A stretch of DNA of 64,000 bases from Phycisphaerae bacterium (GCA_963666835.2 CAXXGO010000001.1:2104829-2168828); one strand, 5' to 3'; positions 28,803-38,618 are shown, numbered from the stretch's first letter. Notes: generated by a model from the letters alone, not told the origin. Program-made: numbers and translations.

Positions 28803-29882
28803 TCACGGTTTTGAGGTCCTCGCAGGTATCGGCGTCGCGTAGAACGCCTGCCAGATGGCCTCGGCAAACAACCGGTGGGCGGTTTCGTTGGGGTGCGGGT
28901 CGCGGGCATTGACGACGAGCTCCCGCGGGTCCTGGCCTAAGATCGTCGGGAGCAGATCCACCACTTCAACGTTGTTGGCCTCAAAGAACCGCCGAACGAC
29001 TTCATGGAGCCGCTCCGGAATCAGTCGCTCGCCGCCCGTCTGAATGAACGGGAGCAACACGACCCGAAACGTCACTTCGTTATCCGCGCAGACTCGCGTG
29101 ATGTCACCCAGTTGACGCTGATGCCGCCTCCAGATCCCTTCGTCGGCGTACGCCGAAGCCAGCCAGTCGTGGTGACCCCGGACCGTGGGCAGGCGCGGAA
29201 CGATGATCGTTCGGTAGAAATAGTCAACCAGGCACGAGCGATCCGGGTCGAAGAACCCCGGCTCCGGCGGGCGCTTGGGATCGTAATCGTCCGTAGTGGG
29301 AATCAGCTTCTCGATGTCGTTGAACACATAGCAAAGCACGATCTCGTCAACGGCGTACCGGTTGATCAAGTCGCGAATCGGAGCGAGCTGGTCGCTGCTG
29401 CCCCACCCCGGCTTCGCTACATTCATGACTTCGACGGAACCGGGCGACAGTTCCGCAAACCGCTCACCGACAATGTCGCTGAAGCGATCCTGCACCCGCT
29501 TGATGCCCCAGCCGTACGTGAAGGAATCGCCAACGAACGCAACGCGGCGGACGCCGGCCGGCTTCTCAACGGCCCATTCATAATCCCGGCAGCCCATGGT
29601 GTTCTTCTCAGTATACAACGCGAACCAACGCCGCGCCGGCAACGAGACCCCGAAGGAGTCCGTTTCGACCACCGTAAACCGCAGGTAGGTCTCTCCCGCC
29701 ATGGCAATGACGCCGAGAAAGCACAAGAAGACCAATCCGTTTCCCAGAATCAGCCCGGACTTGCGGTGCTTGTCGGACGGAAACAGCTTGAAGAAGCACC
29801 AGGTGTTCGCCACCAGTGACAGCAGAAGCACCCACCACAGTAGGTAGTCTGCCACGTATCCGAACACCCCGCTGGTCAGCAT
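28803..29882 (-). CDS. SGNH/GDSL hydrolase with N-terminal TM helices
   Basis: FVGDSFTYGWG, NVAKPGW, YVFND, DPHPN; ATG overlaps the nadC stop. Confidence 0.88.
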   Translation of the reverse strand: MLTSGVFGYVADYLLWWVLLLSLVANTWCFFKLFPSDKHRKSGLILGNGLVFLCFLGVIAMAGETYLRFTVVETDSFGVSLPARRWFALYTEKNTMGCRDYEWAVEKPAGVRRVAFVGDSFTYGWGIKRVQDRFSDIVGERFAELSPGSVEVMNVAKPGWGSSDQLAPIRDLINRYAVDEIVLCYVFNDIEKLIPTTDDYDPKRPPEPGFFDPDRSCLVDYFYRTIIVPRLPTVRGHHDWLASAYADEGIWRRHQRQLGDITRVCADNEVTFRVVLLPFIQTGGERLIPERLHEVVRRFFEANNVEVVDLLPTILGQDPRELVVNARDPHPNETAHRLFAEAIWQAFYATPIPARTSKP

Positions 29883-30766
29883 CAGCTACGCTCCAACGAG
29901 ATATCCAGCGCCGTGGCGGAATGAGTGATCGCGCCGACGGAGATGCGATCGACGCCGGTCTCGGCCACGCTCCGAATAGTCTCCAACGTAATGCCGCCGG
30001 AAGCCTCGAGACTCAGCTTGCCTTTGAGCCCATACCCGTCGCGAAGCTCTACGGCCCTCCGGCTATCGTCCAGCGAGAAGTTATCCAGAAGCACCAGGTC
30101 AATCCCTACCACTTTGAGCACCTGCTCGAACTGGGCCGGCGTGTCGACCTCCACCTCGATGAACGACGGCTTGACAATAGCGCAGCCGAGACGGTTGAGC
30201 ATGCGGGACAACGAAGCTGCCAAGTCCTCGGTTGCTACGTCGGCCAAGTGGTTGTCCTTAATCAGGACAGCGTCATAGAGGCCCTGGCGGTGGTTCCGGC
30301 CTCCGCCGCAACGAACCGCGTACTTCTCCAGTGAACGCCACCCAGGAGTGGTCTTCCGCGTGTCATAGACTTCTGCACTCGTTCCGTCGATAGCCTCCAC
30401 GTATTGCCGGGTGAGGCTGGCGATCCCGCTGAGCCGCTGCAAGAAGTTGAGCAGGACTCGCTCGGCCGACAGGACCGCCCCGAGCGCCCCACGGATCGTA
30501 GCCAGCTCGACCGGCGTCCGGTCCAGCAGACTGCCGTCGGGATGGGAGGGGTTCCACCTGATCTCAATTGACGGGTCATAAGCCTGCAGGATGGTCTGGG
30601 CGATCTCCTGGCCGGCGACGACCCCAACTTGCTTGGCCAACAGACGTAATTCGGCTGGTTTGTCCGGATGGGGGAGCAGGGCGGCCGAAAGATCACCGCT
30701 GCCGAGGTCCTCGCTCTTGGCCAAACCTATCAAGGTGGCGGTGCTTTGGTCATTCATGAGGGTCAT
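29882..30766 (-). CDS. nadC: Nicotinate-nucleotide diphosphorylase (carboxylating)
   Basis: EDLGSGD, ERVLLNFLQRLSGIA, DTRKTTPG, NHRQGLYDAVLIKDNH, EVEVD, LLDNF, EASGG, ISVGAITHS. Confidence 0.97.
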   Translation of the reverse strand: MTLMNDQSTATLIGLAKSEDLGSGDLSAALLPHPDKPAELRLLAKQVGVVAGQEIAQTILQAYDPSIEIRWNPSHPDGSLLDRTPVELATIRGALGAVLSAERVLLNFLQRLSGIASLTRQYVEAIDGTSAEVYDTRKTTPGWRSLEKYAVRCGGGRNHRQGLYDAVLIKDNHLADVATEDLAASLSRMLNRLGCAIVKPSFIEVEVDTPAQFEQVLKVVGIDLVLLDNFSLDDSRRAVELRDGYGLKGKLSLEASGGITLETIRSVAETGVDRISVGAITHSATALDISLERS

Positions 30767-31110
30767 GGGCCGGATTGTCCATTCGGAACATTGGTCTGGC
30801 AAGCCGGGTCCGGAGGCTCAGGCACGGCTTGGTGCATGTAGATAACGAGTGGCACCGCTACAAATGGCCGATAATAGCCTCGATAGGGCTGATCAGACCG
30901 CCGGATCCACGGTCCCGATGGGCTCTGGCGATCCGATTGGGGACTGGCCGCGGTTGCTCCCGGTCCGCAACTCGCCCTCTTATGGAGGGTACAAGAAGGT
31001 TACAGGAATCCGCCCGAGGTGCTTTCGGACATTGGACACGCGGCCCGTCCGCGAGACAATAGCCCGCCTCTGGTCCCTGGGGCTCGGAATCGAGAAGGAC
31101 GAAACACGCT

Positions 31111-32112
31111 ATGTTGATTCACCAGTTGAAGCCGGTATTGACTCTGACGATGCTCTCTGTTGCGGCACTCGGCGCCGAACCGGGTGCTCCGATTGCGGGA
31201 CTTCGCGCACACTTGATGCCGGCTTCCTACCAGGTGCCCTTGGGGCAACCGGTCTGGGTATTGTTCGCCATCGAGAACACGACGGCGGAACCCATAACGT
31301 TGTCGGTTCCGGGATGCGTTCCGCAAATCCCCTCGCCGGAGATGGGGCTGCCGCTCTCGCATGTATTCAGCGGTGTGGATGGGGCGGGCGTTGCCGTCAC
31401 AACCGAGTCCAATCGTCGCTGGGAGTCACCGGTCGGCTATCGCTCGAATTCGGAGGCTCCGATTCTGATCATAGCCCCCCATAGCACGGTCGGGACCTCA
31501 TTGGATTTGCGGGAGTACTTCCCGGCATTGCGGGGAGCGGGGCGTTTCCGCATCTCATGGTCGCCGTATCGAGGAGCCGTGGTAAGTGATACGATGATGT
31601 TGACGGTTGCCCCGCGTAAGTGGGTGGAGGTGATTACCGATGACGGGTCGATGACACTCCAGCTTCTTTACGACGACGCGCCACGTCACGTCGACAACTT
31701 CATCGATCTCGTGGAGTCCGGATTCTACAATGGCAAGACCTTTCATCGGATTGAGCCCGGTTACTTCCTGATGGGGGGGTGCCCCCGCGGCGATGGGACC
31801 GGGATTCGCCCGGACGGCAAGCGAATCCCCGCCGAGTTGAACGGTCAAACCCACGAAAAGGGCTCGGTTTCCATGGCCCTGCTTGATGGAGATGTGGATT
31901 CCGGAAGTTGCCAGTTCTTCATCTGCAATACCCGCCAGAAAGACTGGGACGGACAATACACCGTGTTTGCCAAGGTCACCGGCGACAGCTCCTTCGCTAC
32001 TCTCGATCGCCTGATGGCGGTTCCGGCCGACGAATTCGGTCGTCCGATGCGCACGCTCTACCTGCGAACCGTTCGCCTTATCGATGAACCCACCGGGCTC
32101 GTTTCGGACTAA
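31111..32112 (+). CDS. Secreted cyclophilin-type peptidyl-prolyl isomerase with N-terminal Ig-like domain
   Basis: APRHVDNF, FYNGKTFHRI, GGCPRGDGTG, GSVSMA, SGSCQFFI, DGQYTVF. Confidence 0.9.
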   Translation: MLIHQLKPVLTLTMLSVAALGAEPGAPIAGLRAHLMPASYQVPLGQPVWVLFAIENTTAEPITLSVPGCVPQIPSPEMGLPLSHVFSGVDGAGVAVTTESNRRWESPVGYRSNSEAPILIIAPHSTVGTSLDLREYFPALRGAGRFRISWSPYRGAVVSDTMMLTVAPRKWVEVITDDGSMTLQLLYDDAPRHVDNFIDLVESGFYNGKTFHRIEPGYFLMGGCPRGDGTGIRPDGKRIPAELNGQTHEKGSVSMALLDGDVDSGSCQFFICNTRQKDWDGQYTVFAKVTGDSSFATLDRLMAVPADEFGRPMRTLYLRTVRLIDEPTGLVSD

Positions 32113-32534
32113 GCGGCCGTCCGGCGGAAATCGTCGACGGGCGACAAGCACTGGTAGCGAACGCAAGCTTCCCGTTGCGACTCGTCCGAGAACCTGCAAT
32201 CAGATCCGGTAAGACTATTCGTTGGTGTTACATTAGTGACACTTGGGGGTTATGGGGATCTCGCCGACACATTCACACGTCCTAGTAGCGCGAATTTTTT
32301 TGTCCGGTTTGGAAACCTCGCCTTCGCGGGCCTAGAGTCTGAAGATCGGGACAGGGCTTTGTTCTACGGTCGGGGTACCGCTTCCCAGGAGGTTTCAACC
32401 TCTTCAGCAGAGTCAGGGAACGCTCGATCGGCCTGTCGTCTTGTTTTCAGACCGGGCGTGGCCTGGTTCGTTCTGTCGGGTCGTGCAACTTCGCCGCGAT
32501 CGACAACTTGGTCAATAAGGGGGATTGAAGAACG

Positions 32535-33653
32535 ATGACGAATGCCAAATCTAATATTGGATGGGCCAAGCACGCCATGGTCATCGGCCTTGTGGCGGTT
32601 CTGGTTCTGAAAGCCGGATGTGATTCCGGTGTAGGATTCCTCGGCTTGCAGGACTATCAGCGCGACTTGCTTATCGGCGGGTTGGTTGCCGTCGCTTTGT
32701 TGAATGATGCCGCTGCAGCCGATGCCGATGCTGATACTGAACCGGCCGCCGGACAGGCGTTACCGGGTGAGGACGGCGAAGACGGTGAGGACGGCGAGGA
32801 TGGCGAAGACGGTGCCCAGGGCGAACAAGGTGAGCAGGGCCCCCAAGGCGAGCAGGGTGAACAAGGTGAGCAGGGCCCGCAAGGTGAACAGGGCGAGCAG
32901 GGTGAACAGGGCGAGCAAGGTGAACAAGGCGAGCAGGGCCCGGCAGGCCCCGCAGGCCCCGCTGGTCCCGCCGGCCCGCAGGGTGAGCAAGGCGAGCCTG
33001 GCGACTCGAATTTCCAGATCTTCGTGGACGACTTCTTCACGATGTCGGGCAATCCGAGTGGCTCCTTGCCCGTCGAAGTGATCGAGATTGAGGAGCCCCG
33101 CATGGGGCCGGCCGATCCGAACACGGGCGAGACCGGCGCTATTGCCTATCGGGTCGCCATTCCCGAGAAGTACGATGCCGGCAACGATATTACCATGCGT
33201 CTCTTCTTCCAGCGAAGCGGCCAGTGGAACGAGGGTTGTTTCGTCTTCTCCGTGGATGCCCGGCGACTGCGCGACGGATACGGCGTCGAGATCTACGGCG
33301 AGACCCGCTGGATCCGCGTCGATCCCTTCAGCAACGCTGTGGTCGAAGCGAGTCTGGTGGATGAGATGTTGGGCGACGGTACCGGTGGCGGCGAGTTCCT
33401 CGTGATCGATCTGCCGATCAACACAGCCGCGGGACTCGGCGGTCAGACTAACCTGGCGTCGGCCGAGATGCTGGCCTACGAGCTGGCCACCTACACGACG
33501 CCCGACGGTTCGTACGATGACGGGCGTGATTATCACCTGCTGGGCGTCGACTTCTTCGAGTCGGGCGCCGGCACCGCAACGATGTCGGGCAACATCACGA
33601 TTTTCGAGGCGGCTGAGGCGGTGAGTTGCTACGATGAGGTGCCGTCCGAGTAA
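32535..33653 (+). CDS. Collagen-like surface (lipo)protein
   Basis: Hydrophobic N-terminus with AGC; about 27 uninterrupted Gly-X-Y triplets; globular C-domain. Confidence 0.85.
   Translation: MTNAKSNIGWAKHAMVIGLVAVLVLKAGCDSGVGFLGLQDYQRDLLIGGLVAVALLNDAAAADADADTEPAAGQALPGEDGEDGEDGEDGEDGAQGEQGEQGPQGEQGEQGEQGPQGEQGEQGEQGEQGEQGEQGPAGPAGPAGPAGPQGEQGEPGDSNFQIFVDDFFTMSGNPSGSLPVEVIEIEEPRMGPADPNTGETGAIAYRVAIPEKYDAGNDITMRLFFQRSGQWNEGCFVFSVDARRLRDGYGVEIYGETRWIRVDPFSNAVVEASLVDEMLGDGTGGGEFLVIDLPINTAAGLGGQTNLASAEMLAYELATYTTPDGSYDDGRDYHLLGVDFFESGAGTATMSGNITIFEAAEAVSCYDEVPSE
32766..33008 (+). repeat. 9-bp period collagen repeat (GED/GEQ/GPQ/GPA)
   Basis: Direct reading of triplets. Confidence 0.95.
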
Positions 33654-33785
33654 TGTCAGTATTGCGAAGGACACAGGAATCTGACACTGTGACCTTTGCT
33701 TCAAAACGATGTTCGGGCCTTTGACATGAGAGACTGAACCGCGAGTACTGCCTTCCCGCGAAGATAGTGTCTTTGGAAAAGGCTT

Positions 33786-33826
33786 AAGCCCGTGCGGACT
33801 ACCATGTAGCCGCACGGGCTTCTTTC
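33786..33826 (+). terminator. Rho-independent terminator
   Basis: AAGCCCGTGCGG / CCGCACGGGCTT 12-bp stem followed by CTTT. Confidence 0.7.
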
Positions 33827-33936
33827 GTAGGAGTCTGACGGCTTTTACCAGCGACGCCCCGTATCCGCGATGAGCACGCCCACTACCTCCTAACCCGGGT
33901 CGTTTGCCCAAGCGAAGTGGTGGCCGTGAGTCGTCT

Positions 33937-33961
33937 GTAGCGCCAGGGCTTGTCCCTGGCG
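33937..33961 (+). repeat. GTAG-type REP-like palindrome
   Basis: GTAG-CGCCAGGG-CTTGT-CCCTGGCG; single copy in the window. Confidence 0.45.
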
Positions 33962-34181
33962 TGGAAGCGAGCCGTGTTACCGCGCCGCCGCCCACAAGGG
34001 ACGGTGCTACAGTGAGTTACGCGGATTGATGCGAGCGTTATGAGTCGTCCGGGACGGCTCAGGTTATGAGAAGCCACCGCCGAAACACCCTCCAACGCAA
34101 GGCGGGACAACAGACCGTGGTGGCGGAGGGTGCTTTTCCCGGCGGGCGGCAGGGTGGCCGAAAGACGACGTCAACCCTTAT

Positions 34182-34907
34182 TCAGTCTAACGAAACCCGG
34201 GAAACGTCTGCCGGCGCGGTCCCCTCGCCATTCCACAAGCGAAGTTCCGCAATCTCTGTCACGGTAATGGCATTATCCAGACTTGCGGACGCCACGGGTC
34301 CGCGACAGGATGATACCACGATGTGCCGGGTCTCGTGTGGGAAGAGAGGCCCGCGCCACTCGCCTTCGATAGCCAACGGTGTGGCCGCTACCTGGGTCCA
34401 ATCGCGGATGGGGTTTCCGGCCGCGTTCACTGCGGCCACGCGGATAGCCAGCATTGACACGACATCGTCGCCCTGGTTGGTAATGGTCAGAACAGGCCGG
34501 CTTACTCCCGTCCGCTCGTCGGCGAGCAGGGCTGCTTGCACGTCGATATTGGGAGCATACTCCGGAGCCCGCCGGTCGTTCAGAAGGTCGCCAACAGTTG
34601 GAGGCAGAGCCCGGAGAAGGTCAGGCAATCCCTCCATCGTCCCGGTGGCGAATCCGATGATGTTGGAAGCCTTTCCGTCGACTACGGACAACGCGTAAAC
34701 GGTTACCGCTGCGCCGGATACAATCCCAACCGCGACTACCCCGAACAAGCCAAGAAACAGGGCAGTAAGGGGCGACATCGATCGTTGAACTTGCACGGTA
34801 ATGCTCCTGTTTGGACGAAGTTCGTCTGCCGTGTTCACCGGAACGTCGACGGCGACGTCTACCGGACAATTCGAACCTCGCGCCCGGATATTCCGGTGCA
34901 CGGACAT
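34182..34907 (-). CDS. Membrane-anchored hypothetical protein; IS21 end lies 6 bp upstream of its start
   Basis: One TM (LTALFLGLFGVVAVGIV..) then soluble domain; the longer ORF-track start at 34940 lies inside the IS end. Confidence 0.7.
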   Translation of the reverse strand: MSVHRNIRARGSNCPVDVAVDVPVNTADELRPNRSITVQVQRSMSPLTALFLGLFGVVAVGIVSGAAVTVYALSVVDGKASNIIGFATGTMEGLPDLLRALPPTVGDLLNDRRAPEYAPNIDVQAALLADERTGVSRPVLTITNQGDDVVSMLAIRVAAVNAAGNPIRDWTQVAATPLAIEGEWRGPLFPHETRHIVVSSCRGPVASASLDNAITVTEIAELRLWNGEGTAPADVSRVSLD

Positions 34908-34913
34908 AGCCCA

Positions 34914-35526
34914 TGCGGGTTCCGGAAAATTTTGCCACATCCTTTCCGGAAATTATTGCCACATCAATGGCTGTGATTCTCGGTAGCGTTTCCTCACGAA
35001 GACCGGGTGCAATAGGGCATCCGGACGTGAGGGACCAGGAGGATGATCAAGATGTTAGATCGTGTGCGGATTCGGGCGCTTCGGGACGCCGGTCATACAT
35101 TGGAGGAGATTGCGGCCCAGGTTGGCGTGGCCAAGCGGTCGGTGCAGAACATTCTCAAAGAGCCGCGTATCACGTCTCCGGAGGAAGCCCCCACGCCCAT
35201 CGGGCGAGGCATCGGCCGGCCGAGCGCGGTGAAGGCTTATCGCAAGCACGTCGAGGCCATTCTAAAAGAGGAACCCGGACTGGCGACCGTCGAAGTCCTC
35301 AGCCGACTGCGCGGTGTCGGCTACGACGGCGGCAAGTCGGCGGTGTACGACCTCGTCAAGGCGATCCGCCCGGGCAAGGCGCAAGCGCCCGTGGTTCGGT
35401 TCGAAGGCATGCCGGGCGAGTTCAGCCAGCACGACTTCGGTAGCGTGAACGTCGCATACGGCGACGGCACGAGCGAGAAGGTGCACTTCTTCGCCTCGCG
35501 CCTAAAGTACTCGCGATGGACGCATG
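34914..35526 (+). mobile_element. Truncated IS21-family element (left end + 5' istA)
   Basis: TG-starting end with tandem repeat TTCCGGAAAATTTTGCCACA / TTCCGGAAATTATTGCCACA (34920-34963). Confidence 0.85.
35043..35526 (+). pseudogene. istA: IS21 transposase IstA, N-terminal fragment
   Basis: HTH, GYDGGKSAVYD, VRFEGMPGEFSQHDFG, LKYSR; stops before the rest of the DDE core; no istB. Confidence 0.88.
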
Positions 35527-35994
35527 ACCGCACCACCGCAGTGTGGGCAGCACGGTAATGAGTATTTGCGTACGTCGTCTATCTCTTCCGAGGAGAAGGG
35601 GGGACGCTCGTGTTTCACATGACCCGGCTGGCCACCGATCTTGCGTTTCTGCTTCTTGGCCTTTGTCTTCTTGCCCGATGCCGCTTTCGGCGGTTTGGCG
35701 ATGTCACTCGAAGGCGGTCTGGAGGAATTCGAGGAGTTCTTGGACAGCTTGGCGACCAGTTCGGTAAGCCGGGCTACCTGCGCTTCTAACTCAGCGATCC
35801 GTCGCTGATAGGCTTGTTCTCGGGTCGGTTCCATCGGCCGCTTCCTGGAATGGGGTCTTACCTCCATACCATGATCGGCAATCTCCTCTCGCCATTCAAC
35901 GTGGTAGCCGGGCAGAGTCTTTCCCCGGGCGATACGTTTCCCGGCGCCACCCGTCAGCCAAGCTCTGTGCTTGCGACCCATGCGAACAGGCTAC
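35526..35994 (-). mobile_element. Truncated IS66-family element (left end + 5' transposase fragment from ~35834)
   Basis: End GTAGCCTGTTCGC at 35994; IAELEAQV..KNSSNSSRPPSSD..GGQPGH..CPHCG; DDE domain absent. Confidence 0.85.
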
Positions 35995-36094
35995 GACCGG
36001 ACGAAGTCGCCGTAAACTGAGTGCGCATAGCGCACGCACAGATATCCGAAGCAAACCGACAGGCTCGTAAGTCCTTATTTTGCATGTTTTAGAC

Positions 36095-36138
36095 TACGCC
36101 GCGCGGGATTCGAACCTGCAACCTTCGGTTCCGTAGAC
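36095..36138 (-). other. 3' half of tRNA-Arg(ACG): att-like core
   Basis: Minus strand GTCTACGGAACCG-AAGGTT-GCAGGTTCGAATCCCGC-GCGGCGTA: anticodon loop CTACGGA and T-arm; no D-arm or 5' acceptor strand upstream. Confidence 0.85.
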
Positions 36139-36150
36139 GGCGAGCCCCAT

Positions 36151-36600
36151 GTGCAAGCCATTAAACCGCAAGGAGTTACGGACGTGGCTTCCGTCGCTTG
36201 TACCAATGCTTGTACCGGAATCCAGAATCCAGCGCAAGCCGAGACCGCCCAAGTGGAAAGCGAGGCAGGGGGCGAAGACTCCGGTGAGCCGGAATCCGAC
36301 GAAGGCGACCAGACCGCGGGCAGGTCTTCTTCTCTCTCTGAGAGCTCGGCCAAGTCTGCTATCAAGGACGATGAGACTCTATCGCGGGAGGGAGTTGCTG
36401 ATACCGTCGCGACTGCGGCTCCGACGGCTCAGGCGTTGGTCGATGCGTTGGCCATACTGGAGAGGCTCCCGCTAACTGATACGGAGCGGGCCGAGGCAGT
36501 CCGTCGGCTACTGGGCAGGCCGGACGAGTCGGGGGACGTGCAAGCCGGACCGGAAGCCCCGACCGCCCGGGAGCCAACGGGGGGCGGGGTCGATGTGTGA
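36151..36600 (+). CDS. Hypothetical protein next to att site (start uncertain)
   Basis: Low-complexity acidic N-part, helical end ALAILERLPLTDTERAEAVRRLL. Confidence 0.4.
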   Translation: MQAIKPQGVTDVASVACTNACTGIQNPAQAETAQVESEAGGEDSGEPESDEGDQTAGRSSSLSESSAKSAIKDDETLSREGVADTVATAAPTAQALVDALAILERLPLTDTERAEAVRRLLGRPDESGDVQAGPEAPTAREPTGGGVDV

Positions 36601-36874
36601 CCCTCGCCTCGATACGTGGCAGAGCTTCGATCGCGTTGCTTGGGTGCTGCGGCGGTCTGGTGTACACAGTGTGGCACTCACGGAATGTAAGAACCCGGAC
36701 CCCCCGTCCGTTTTGATCAAGCTTAATCCTGTTTGCGATGGCCCGGTTTTTACAGACGGCCACACCGCATTCGAAAAGGTCGGACGCGGTTCGGGTCCTT
36801 TTGGACGCCCCCCCGCGGGCGGGGACCGCGGGGTATCGGCTGAAAAACGCGCGCGGGGGGTTTGTTTTGACTAA
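36593..36874 (+). CDS. Small hypothetical protein (overlaps cos-like site)
   Basis: Start overlaps previous stop; no motif recognised. Confidence 0.3.
   Translation: MCDPRLDTWQSFDRVAWVLRRSGVHSVALTECKNPDPPSVLIKLNPVCDGPVFTDGHTAFEKVGRGSGPFGRPPAGGDRGVSAEKRARGVCFD
36793..36832 (+). promoter_or_regulatory. Lambda-like cos site candidate
   Basis: GGGTCCT (identical to lambda cosQ) 17 bp before GGGCGGGGACCG (10/12 to lambda cohesive end GGGCGGCGACCT), upstream of a Nu1-like gene. Confidence 0.55.
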
Positions 36875-37013
36875 GTAAGTAACAAATCGCGTGACATAGG
36901 CTCGACACCGCTCCTAATGTAGGGTATATGTGGTTGAGGAGAGTGCCACCCCGGAGGCGTTCGAGGCCCGCACTGGACGACGATCACCGGGCGCCGTTGG
37001 AGGTTTAGGGTCG

Positions 37014-37589
37014 ATGAAACAGCACCACACCAAGCGCGTTTGCCTGGCCGATCTGCGGCCGGCGGACTACAACCCTCGGCGGATCGACGATCGGGCGTTT
37101 ACGGGGCTCTCTGCGTCTCTGAAGCGGTTCGGGTATGTCGAGCGGATCGTCTGGAACACGCGGACCGGAAACGTCGTCGGGGGGCATCAGCGGCTCAGGG
37201 CGATGCTGGCGGCCGGGGTGGTCGAGGCGGATGTCGTGGTCGTCGACCTGTCGGAGACCGAGGAGAAGGCGCTCAACGTGGCGCTAAACTCGCCGACGAT
37301 TGCCGGGGAATTCACGCCGGAGTTGGACGCGATCCTCGAGGAGCTCCGGGGCAGCGCGGTTGACCTGTACGACGAACTTCTGTTCGACGATCTCGCCCAG
37401 CCGGCCGTGCTGGCCGAGGGGGACCTCGAGGGCTGCTTCGTCGACCGCATCTCCGAGTCTGCGGACTGTGAGCAGATCACGTTCCTCTTCCCGCCGGAGG
37501 ATGCGGCGGTGGTTAGACGGGCTTGTTCGGATCACAGCAAGACAACGGTGGCGGAGCGGATTACCGCGCTGTGCGCGGAGATGGCGTGA
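37014..37589 (+). CDS. Phage-type ParB N-terminal (ParB/Srx) domain protein
   Basis: LRPADYNPRRI..SLKRFGYVERIVWNTRTGNVVGGHQRL..EEKALNVALN; RBS GGAGG; short acidic C-terminus, no methyltransferase domain. Confidence 0.88.
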   Translation: MKQHHTKRVCLADLRPADYNPRRIDDRAFTGLSASLKRFGYVERIVWNTRTGNVVGGHQRLRAMLAAGVVEADVVVVDLSETEEKALNVALNSPTIAGEFTPELDAILEELRGSAVDLYDELLFDDLAQPAVLAEGDLEGCFVDRISESADCEQITFLFPPEDAAVVRRACSDHSKTTVAERITALCAEMA

Positions 37590-37611
37590 GGCACTGACAG
37601 AAGGAGCGACA

Positions 37612-38616
37612 ATGCCCCGAGCCGGATCACAAGTAGTGCTGTGCGACCTGCCGGTGCGATTCGACACGTATCAGGGCTGCACCCACGAATGCGCTTACTG
37701 CTTCGTGCGGCGGAAGGCGGATCTGAAGGTCAAGCTGGGTGAGTCCGCGGACTCGCTCCGGCGGTTCATCAATGGGCATCGGACCCTGGAGACCACCTGG
37801 TGTGATTGGGACATCCCGATCCACTGGGGCGGAGTGAGCGATCCCTTCCAGCCGGTTGAGCGGAAGCACCGGCGATCCCTGGAGGCGTTACAGATTCTGG
37901 TAGAGGCACAATACCCGTTTGTGGTGTCCACCAAGGCCACGCTCCCGGGGGAGGAGCCGTACCTCGGCCTGCTCGGCCGGGCCAACGTCGTGTTCCAGGT
38001 GTCGATGGTCTCACCCCAATACGACAAGCTGGAGCCCGGAGCGCCGCCGTACCATGAGCGACTCGAGCTCATGCGGAAGATGTCTCCGATGGTGCCGCGC
38101 ACCATTGCGCGAATCCAGCCGTATGCGCTGGGCTTGTGCCGGGACGTACTGGCGAACCTCGCGAAGCTGGCGGAGGCCGGGGTGTATGGCGTTACGATCG
38201 AGGGTCTCAAACGCGGTCGCAAGGCCGACGGGTTCGTGAAGGTCGCGGGTGATTGGTGTTATCCGGTTACGGCTTTGGAGCGGGACTTTCGGCGGATTCG
38301 AGACCGCTGTCACCAGTTGGGGCTCCGGTTCTATTGTGCGGAGAATCGGCTGCGGTCGCTCGGCGATCATCCGTGCTGTTGCGGCGTAGACGGCATGGGC
38401 TGGCAGACTCTCACGGCCAACATGAATCACATCGCCCGTGACGGACGGGTTGAATACTCCGACGGAATGCGGAAGCCGGGCACTGCGTATTGCTTCAAGA
38501 CCATGGCTCAGGATACGCGGTCGACCCGGACTCTGCCGAAGATGTCGTACGCGGAGTGCATGGACGCCATCAAGCAGACGCCGACCTATCGGAAGGTGAT
38601 GGGATTGAGAGTGTAG
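37612..38616 (+). CDS. Radical SAM protein, spore-photoproduct-lyase-like
   Basis: RBS AAGGAG; FDTYQGCTHECAYCF (CxxxCxYC), GGVSDPFQPVE, VSTK, LEPGAP..ERL, RIQP; extra CAEN..CCCG. Confidence 0.88.
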   Translation: MPRAGSQVVLCDLPVRFDTYQGCTHECAYCFVRRKADLKVKLGESADSLRRFINGHRTLETTWCDWDIPIHWGGVSDPFQPVERKHRRSLEALQILVEAQYPFVVSTKATLPGEEPYLGLLGRANVVFQVSMVSPQYDKLEPGAPPYHERLELMRKMSPMVPRTIARIQPYALGLCRDVLANLAKLAEAGVYGVTIEGLKRGRKADGFVKVAGDWCYPVTALERDFRRIRDRCHQLGLRFYCAENRLRSLGDHPCCCGVDGMGWQTLTANMNHIARDGRVEYSDGMRKPGTAYCFKTMAQDTRSTRTLPKMSYAECMDAIKQTPTYRKVMGLRV

Positions 38617-38618
38617 TT

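Noticed and set aside
30803..31110. ncRNA between nadC and the cyclophilin gene
   Set aside because: No recognisable RNA family motif; consistent with a divergent promoter region.
36095..36175. Complete tRNA-Arg gene
   Set aside because: 5' half is absent and the T-stem has a mismatch; only an att-type fragment.
23421..38616. Complete AmmeMemoRadiSam system from amrB plus the radical SAM
   Set aside because: The rSAM is 13 kb away, SPL-like and inside the phage module; no AMMECR1 gene in the window.
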